A DNA stretch of 64,000 nucleotides from a virus. Position numbers and translations under genes: made by a program. The notes under the pieces were generated by a model, which was given only the letters and a program-made list of their open reading frames with translations, was not told the DNA's origin and ran no database searches. The DNA lies in the IMG/VR virus record IMGVR_UViG_3300042398_001385, positions 89,315 to 153,314 of that record. One strand, 5' to 3'. Every line of letters begins with the position of its first letter. Positions within the stretch are counted from its first letter, which is position 1. This document shows positions 59,830 to 64,000 of this stretch, piece after piece.

Positions 59830-60030
59830 ATGTTAACAAAAGGTTCCTCAAGAAACGAGGGAATTAACGTAAGAGACGAGAAAGAATTTAAACTTTGGGT
59901 TAAATTCATAGCATCTATCCAAAGAGATGGCGGTAACATAAGTAAACCCCTAGAGATATTATGGGATAGCGTTAGAAAAGAATTTGAAATTCTAGAAAAA
60001 AAATCTAAACAAAGATCTAAGGTTTACTAA
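59830..60030 (+). CDS. Hypothetical protein
   Basis: ORF with A-rich start context. Confidence 0.55.
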   Translation: MLTKGSSRNEGINVRDEKEFKLWVKFIASIQRDGGNISKPLEILWDSVRKEFEILEKKSKQRSKVY

Positions 60031-60033
60031 TAA

Positions 60034-60576
60034 TCAGTCAGTAAACCCACCAACTTTTATTCCTTTAGATAAATCATTTAGTAATATTTCAGGGGAAGGA
60101 TCGTCGTATCTGTAATCTAAAATACTTAATAATTCCCTTTTAGAAAAGATAGCATCAACTTTCCTTCTACTTTTTATAAAGGTAGACATGATATTATTAA
60201 AGATATCGGTTTTTCTTAAATAAGCTATAGGATAATCAGTATTATTTATTCCATTAACTGATGAAATGAATATATCATTATCCCTAAAAGTAGCTCCTGG
60301 AGTAATAACTAAAATATATGGAGTATTTATAAGATCTAAACAATCTTTTATATTATTCTCCTCTTCCATCTTTATCGATTCTATTCTTACAGATCTTATA
60401 TGTTCACTAGATGCCTGAGCTGCATATTGGTATGATCCGTCAGTTGATCCGAAATCTAATATTATTATTCTGGTATTTATTACCTTGGTTTTTTTAATTA
60501 TATCCTCGACAGTTTTTTTAAGAGAAATTACTGAATTTTTGCAAGGGATAATTACAGTTAAAAGATTGCTTATCAT
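60034..60576 (-). CDS. Glycosyltransferase family 2-like protein (short, degenerate)
   Basis: TVIIPCKN, ILDFGSTDGS; DxD position replaced by TPG. Confidence 0.65.
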   Translation of the reverse strand: MISNLLTVIIPCKNSVISLKKTVEDIIKKTKVINTRIIILDFGSTDGSYQYAAQASSEHIRSVRIESIKMEEENNIKDCLDLINTPYILVITPGATFRDNDIFISSVNGINNTDYPIAYLRKTDIFNNIMSTFIKSRRKVDAIFSKRELLSILDYRYDDPSPEILLNDLSKGIKVGGFTD

Positions 60577-60582
60577 TTATTA

Positions 60583-60900
60583 TTAATAATTAAAAAATAT
60601 GTAGTGTACTGAAAAAGAAACCGACCATACAAATATAACTCTGAAAAGACGATTTACACTAAAAGACATAATTGTTTGAATAATCGGGGGTTCTTCATCC
60701 TCATCTATTCTAATTCTATTTCTTGTTATCATTACTATAAAACTAATCCCTAGTATCTGGTAGTAATAAAACTGTATTAAATAAGGTATTTCGTAAAGAT
60801 TTATTATGGAATATATTGCTAAAGCTTCTAGCATAGATAATGGCAATGATATTATCAAAGATAAAGCGATTGCGGAAAACAGTTTTTTTATAAATTCCAT
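60583..60900 (-). CDS. Membrane protein
   Basis: Three hydrophobic segments. Confidence 0.6.
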   Translation of the reverse strand: MEFIKKLFSAIALSLIISLPLSMLEALAIYSIINLYEIPYLIQFYYYQILGISFIVMITRNRIRIDEDEEPPIIQTIMSFSVNRLFRVIFVWSVSFSVHYIFFNY

Positions 60901-60921
60901 ATAGTATATATTCGTAATTTT

Positions 60922-61335
60922 CTAAACTGTATGTGGTATTTTTGTTCTAATGCAATTTTGGGGTAGTTTCATATTTTTTAGATAATTATTTATATAGCCC
61001 ATAATATTTGCAGATCCTATAGGATTAGCACTATGAGTTAATATAAGAGGTAATTCTATATTTTTTTCAATGCTCTGATCAACTAGCCATTTAGAACAGT
61101 CATATCCGGTTTTTTCGTGTATATTATCATAATCCAGTACATAATTCTTGGAAACATTTTTAAAATATTCTCTTATTGCAGTTTCACCTAGATCGTGGTC
61201 TAGAGATATCATATAAATGTTTTCTAAGCCTATCTCGCTTACTTTATTAACAAATTCATCGTAATCCCTACAAATTAGCCAATCGTTCTCTATAGGTGTT
61301 CTAATGTCGTCTAAATATACTCTTACTTTTTCCAT
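60922..61335 (-). CDS. Cyclic-phosphate-processing receiver-domain protein
   Basis: YLDDIR, ISLDHDLG, TGYD, HSANPIG motifs. Confidence 0.75.
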   Translation of the reverse strand: MEKVRVYLDDIRTPIENDWLICRDYDEFVNKVSEIGLENIYMISLDHDLGETAIREYFKNVSKNYVLDYDNIHEKTGYDCSKWLVDQSIEKNIELPLILTHSANPIGSANIMGYINNYLKNMKLPQNCIRTKIPHTV

Positions 61336-61341
61336 AATATT

Positions 61342-61761
61342 TCATTTATCATTAGGATCCGGCTGTTCGCCAACAATCCTATTTATTCTATTTCTTCCTT
61401 TTTCTCCAATAGGAATAGGATTTCCTTCTTCGTCTATATGAACAAATGTTATATGCGTCTTTAGAACCAGAACCTGCTTTCCAGTATAAACATTGTGAGC
61501 TCTAGCCTCCATGTAAAGAGTCACTGAACAGTTCCCTACTTTAGTTGGATTCCCGTATATTTTTAATAGCTGGCTTTCTCTAGCTGGCTTTTCGAAGTTA
61601 CATTTATCTATTGAAACAGTAACTACTCTTGGGCTATCACAAAGCTGCATGCAATATCCAGCTGCTGCAGCATCTATCCAAGCTAATAATTTTCCGCCAA
61701 AAAGATTACCATGAAATCCTAAATCAGATTTTTTAATAGGATGGGTGTTTAATAATTCCAT
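61342..61761 (-). CDS. Acyl-CoA thioesterase (HotDog fold)
   Basis: DLGFHGNLFGGKLLAWIDAAA; TFVHID. Confidence 0.85.
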   Translation of the reverse strand: MELLNTHPIKKSDLGFHGNLFGGKLLAWIDAAAAGYCMQLCDSPRVVTVSIDKCNFEKPARESQLLKIYGNPTKVGNCSVTLYMEARAHNVYTGKQVLVLKTHITFVHIDEEGNPIPIGEKGRNRINRIVGEQPDPNDK

Positions 61762-61964
61762 TATTTTATAGATAAGTAGTTTTTCCCTTTTATGTTTTTT
61801 ATTATCCAATCTATACTAGGATCTAGAGGGATATCAACTTTCATTGATTTTTTAAGCTCTTCTTCCTTTCTTATTCTTTCGTTCTCCGCTCTTCTTGCAA
61901 GAGCACCCATAGGTTTTTCTGTGCTTTTTTCTGGAATAATAGGAGGATATTTTTTACGATCCAT
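61761..61964 (-). CDS. Hypothetical protein
   Basis: Coupled ORF. Confidence 0.55.
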   Translation of the reverse strand: MDRKKYPPIIPEKSTEKPMGALARRAENERIRKEEELKKSMKVDIPLDPSIDWIIKNIKGKNYLSIK

Positions 61965-62155
61965 TATAATTTTGGTTTGATTGTAATTGTTAAAAGTGGT
62001 TCAAATTCGGGTTCGTATATTGTTTGTACACTTTCAATCCTGTTTTTATCTATAGCAAAACAATCTTCAATATATTGAAATCCTTCATCCATTGTTTTTA
62101 AAGATGACATCTCCATTATCATCTCCCTACTTATTTTAAATGAAATCTTATTCAT
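61964..62155 (-). CDS. Hypothetical protein
   Basis: Coupled ORF. Confidence 0.55.
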   Translation of the reverse strand: MNKISFKISREMIMEMSSLKTMDEGFQYIEDCFAIDKNRIESVQTIYEPEFEPLLTITIKPKL

Positions 62156-62465
62156 ATTCTTTACAGCTATTTGTAAATTTTTCCATCTCTTCTCTAAACA
62201 TAGGAAAAATAAAGCCCTCCGCTATCTTATCGCCATACGGAGTGTGCATATCTTCACACAATTGGCAAGTAAGAAAAACATCCTTAGATCCTAGTTCTTC
62301 CCAATCTATTCTTACATTAACTCCTAACGCACCTATAGGTAAAAATTCAGTAGGCTCGGTTCTAGACATTTCTTCGTCAAGTATCTTAACAGTAACACCT
62401 TCGATTGTGTTTTCAATAATCTTAATTCCTGATCTAATAACTAGTGAAATTTTAGGCTTTTCCAT
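62148..62465 (-). CDS. Hypothetical protein
   Basis: Coupled ORF. Confidence 0.55.
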   Translation of the reverse strand: MEKPKISLVIRSGIKIIENTIEGVTVKILDEEMSRTEPTEFLPIGALGVNVRIDWEELGSKDVFLTCQLCEDMHTPYGDKIAEGFIFPMFREEMEKFTNSCKEYE

Positions 62466-62466
62466 T

Positions 62467-62715
62467 TTATTTTTGTTTTATTGAATCATATTTCATACCC
62501 CAGAACTTGATCTCTATTTCTCTTTCTGAAATTTCATCCTCAAGAATTTCCACTTCAGATTCTAGCTCATCAATCCTTAATTGCTTTTCCTTTAACTTGT
62601 TTGTTAGTCTTTCATTTTCATTTTCATTTTCAATTCTTTTATAGGAACTAAAAACCATTAAACCACCAGTTAGCATTAAAAGTAATCCGCAGATAATTAA
62701 TCTTCTTCCTTCCAT
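62467..62715 (-). CDS. Membrane-anchored coiled-coil protein
   Basis: N-terminal hydrophobic helix followed by heptads. Confidence 0.6.
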   Translation of the reverse strand: MEGRRLIICGLLLMLTGGLMVFSSYKRIENENENERLTNKLKEKQLRIDELESEVEILEDEISEREIEIKFWGMKYDSIKQK

Positions 62716-62718
62716 TTT

Positions 62719-62955
62719 TTAATAAATTTTAATTGTTGAATGTTCTATAACTTGTACAAATCTTTTATCCGTCTGATAATATTTTTCAAGAACTTCATCA
62801 AGAAGTGATTCCTTGGTATCGGACGTATAGTAATTTGTAATAGAGCCATAACCCATATTTATTGTATAAGTTATATCTTTCCACCCAAACCATCCTCTTC
62901 TTTGAATGTAGTATTTGTCCCTCTCGTGAATAAATCTTATTTTAATAGTTTTCAT
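62719..62955 (-). CDS. Hypothetical protein
   Basis: Coupled ORF. Confidence 0.55.
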   Translation of the reverse strand: MKTIKIRFIHERDKYYIQRRGWFGWKDITYTINMGYGSITNYYTSDTKESLLDEVLEKYYQTDKRFVQVIEHSTIKIY

Positions 62956-63190
62956 TCTCTTTTTTAAAATGTTCTCTTATCTTATTGTCGTGTTCCTGAT
63001 TAATTTCATCAAGTAGATCGGAAACCATTCTTAAAGCATAAGAACTCCAGAATCCATTTGATTGGGCGACATGCTCAAAATAATAATATCCATCAACGTC
63101 CATTATTGCATATCCTATATGTCGATTTCCACCAAATATTACTTTAAAGTGATTATCCCCTATCTTTTCCGTTGTTAATTGACTATCCAT
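62942..63190 (-). CDS. Hypothetical protein
   Basis: Coupled ORF; DVDGYYYF motif. Confidence 0.6.
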   Translation of the reverse strand: MDSQLTTEKIGDNHFKVIFGGNRHIGYAIMDVDGYYYFEHVAQSNGFWSSYALRMVSDLLDEINQEHDNKIREHFKKENENY

Positions 63191-63488
63191 TCTTCTTGGA
63201 TTTTATTACATCGACATATCCTTCCAATAGCATCATTTTTCTTTTAAGACCTACTTTCATATCAGATAGTAATTTTAGATATTCATCAAAGTCTTCTAGT
63301 AATCTTTCCTCTTTTTCGTATTCGCTTTCAATATCAACATCAGGAAATGTATTTAAGATTGCATTTATTTTTCTTTGCGACAGACTAGAAAATTTTTTGT
63401 TAAAAACTGTTCTTTCCCATTCCTCGAAAGTTATTTTCGAATCTGTTGCAAATAGATAATTTTCGTACTGTTGTCTTAGAGTTGCCAT
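63183..63488 (-). CDS. Hypothetical protein
   Basis: Coupled ORF. Confidence 0.55.
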   Translation of the reverse strand: MATLRQQYENYLFATDSKITFEEWERTVFNKKFSSLSQRKINAILNTFPDVDIESEYEKEERLLEDFDEYLKLLSDMKVGLKRKMMLLEGYVDVIKSKKNG

Positions 63489-63490
63489 AA

Positions 63491-64000
63491 TTAATTAGAA
63501 AGTGGTATTTTTATAGCTGGATGAGATTTATAGTTCTCTAATTTAAATTGACTAATGTTGTATTCAGAGATATCGTCCATATCGCCAATATAATGATTTG
63601 TTTCATCAAACTGATCGATAACTAATTTTGGTAATTGATATGATTCTCTTGTTAATTGTTCTTTAACTCCATCAATTTGATTTACATAAATGTGAGCATC
63701 ACCAAGACTTGCAATTAGTTCATCAGGAACCATATTAACTTCTTTTGCTAACATTTCTAAAAGTAATCCGTATGAAGCCAAATTGAATGGAAGACCAAGT
63801 GGAACATCATTGCTACGCATATTGAACATTAAAGAGATTGCTCTGGTTGGGATGTTTTCTTTATTTAATTGTTCTTCTGTTGGTTGTATTAAATATAACT
63901 TTGATAAATCTGTTTTATAAAACAAATACTGTACTCTCTCTTCATTACTCAACTCTCTTGTATAAACTTGAAATCCATAATGACAAGGTGGAAGAACCAT
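63491..64000 (-). CDS. thyA: Thymidylate synthase, C-terminal part (gene starts beyond the window)
   Basis: LPPCH, RSNDVPLGLPFN, GDAHIY. Confidence 0.95.
   Translation of the reverse strand: MVLPPCHYGFQVYTRELSNEERVQYLFYKTDLSKLYLIQPTEEQLNKENIPTRAISLMFNMRSNDVPLGLPFNLASYGLLLEMLAKEVNMVPDELIASLGDAHIYVNQIDGVKEQLTRESYQLPKLVIDQFDETNHYIGDMDDISEYNISQFKLENYKSHPAIKIPLSN

Overview
AT-rich 64 kb segment of a large T4-like (myovirus) phage genome, almost entirely on the minus strand. The host is probably Bacteroidota, inferred from TAnnTTTG promoter elements and A-rich start regions without Shine-Dalgarno motifs. The left third carries virion and packaging genes (collagen-like fibre, two tail tubes, large sheath, terminase, neck, tail terminator), an ECF sigma factor and dCMP deaminase. 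Next comes a replication/recombination block (gp46/47, gp41 helicase, UvsX). The accessory right half holds 27 tRNAs covering all 20 amino acids in three operons, a Ro60/TROVE gene beside a family of related ncRNAs, RNA-repair-type enzymes, a cytosine-type thymidylate-synthase paralogue, and about 18 proteins sharing a capsid-targeting-like N-terminus. The main finding is that each tRNA operon is preceded by the same arrangement: promoter, short leader ORF, antiterminator, terminator, boxA. The leader codons match the tRNAs encoded downstream (all 16 of 16 in operon 1). This looks like a ribosome-stalling attenuator that would switch on phage tRNA synthesis when those tRNAs become scarce. All calls were made by eye from the sequence; no database searches or folding programs were run.
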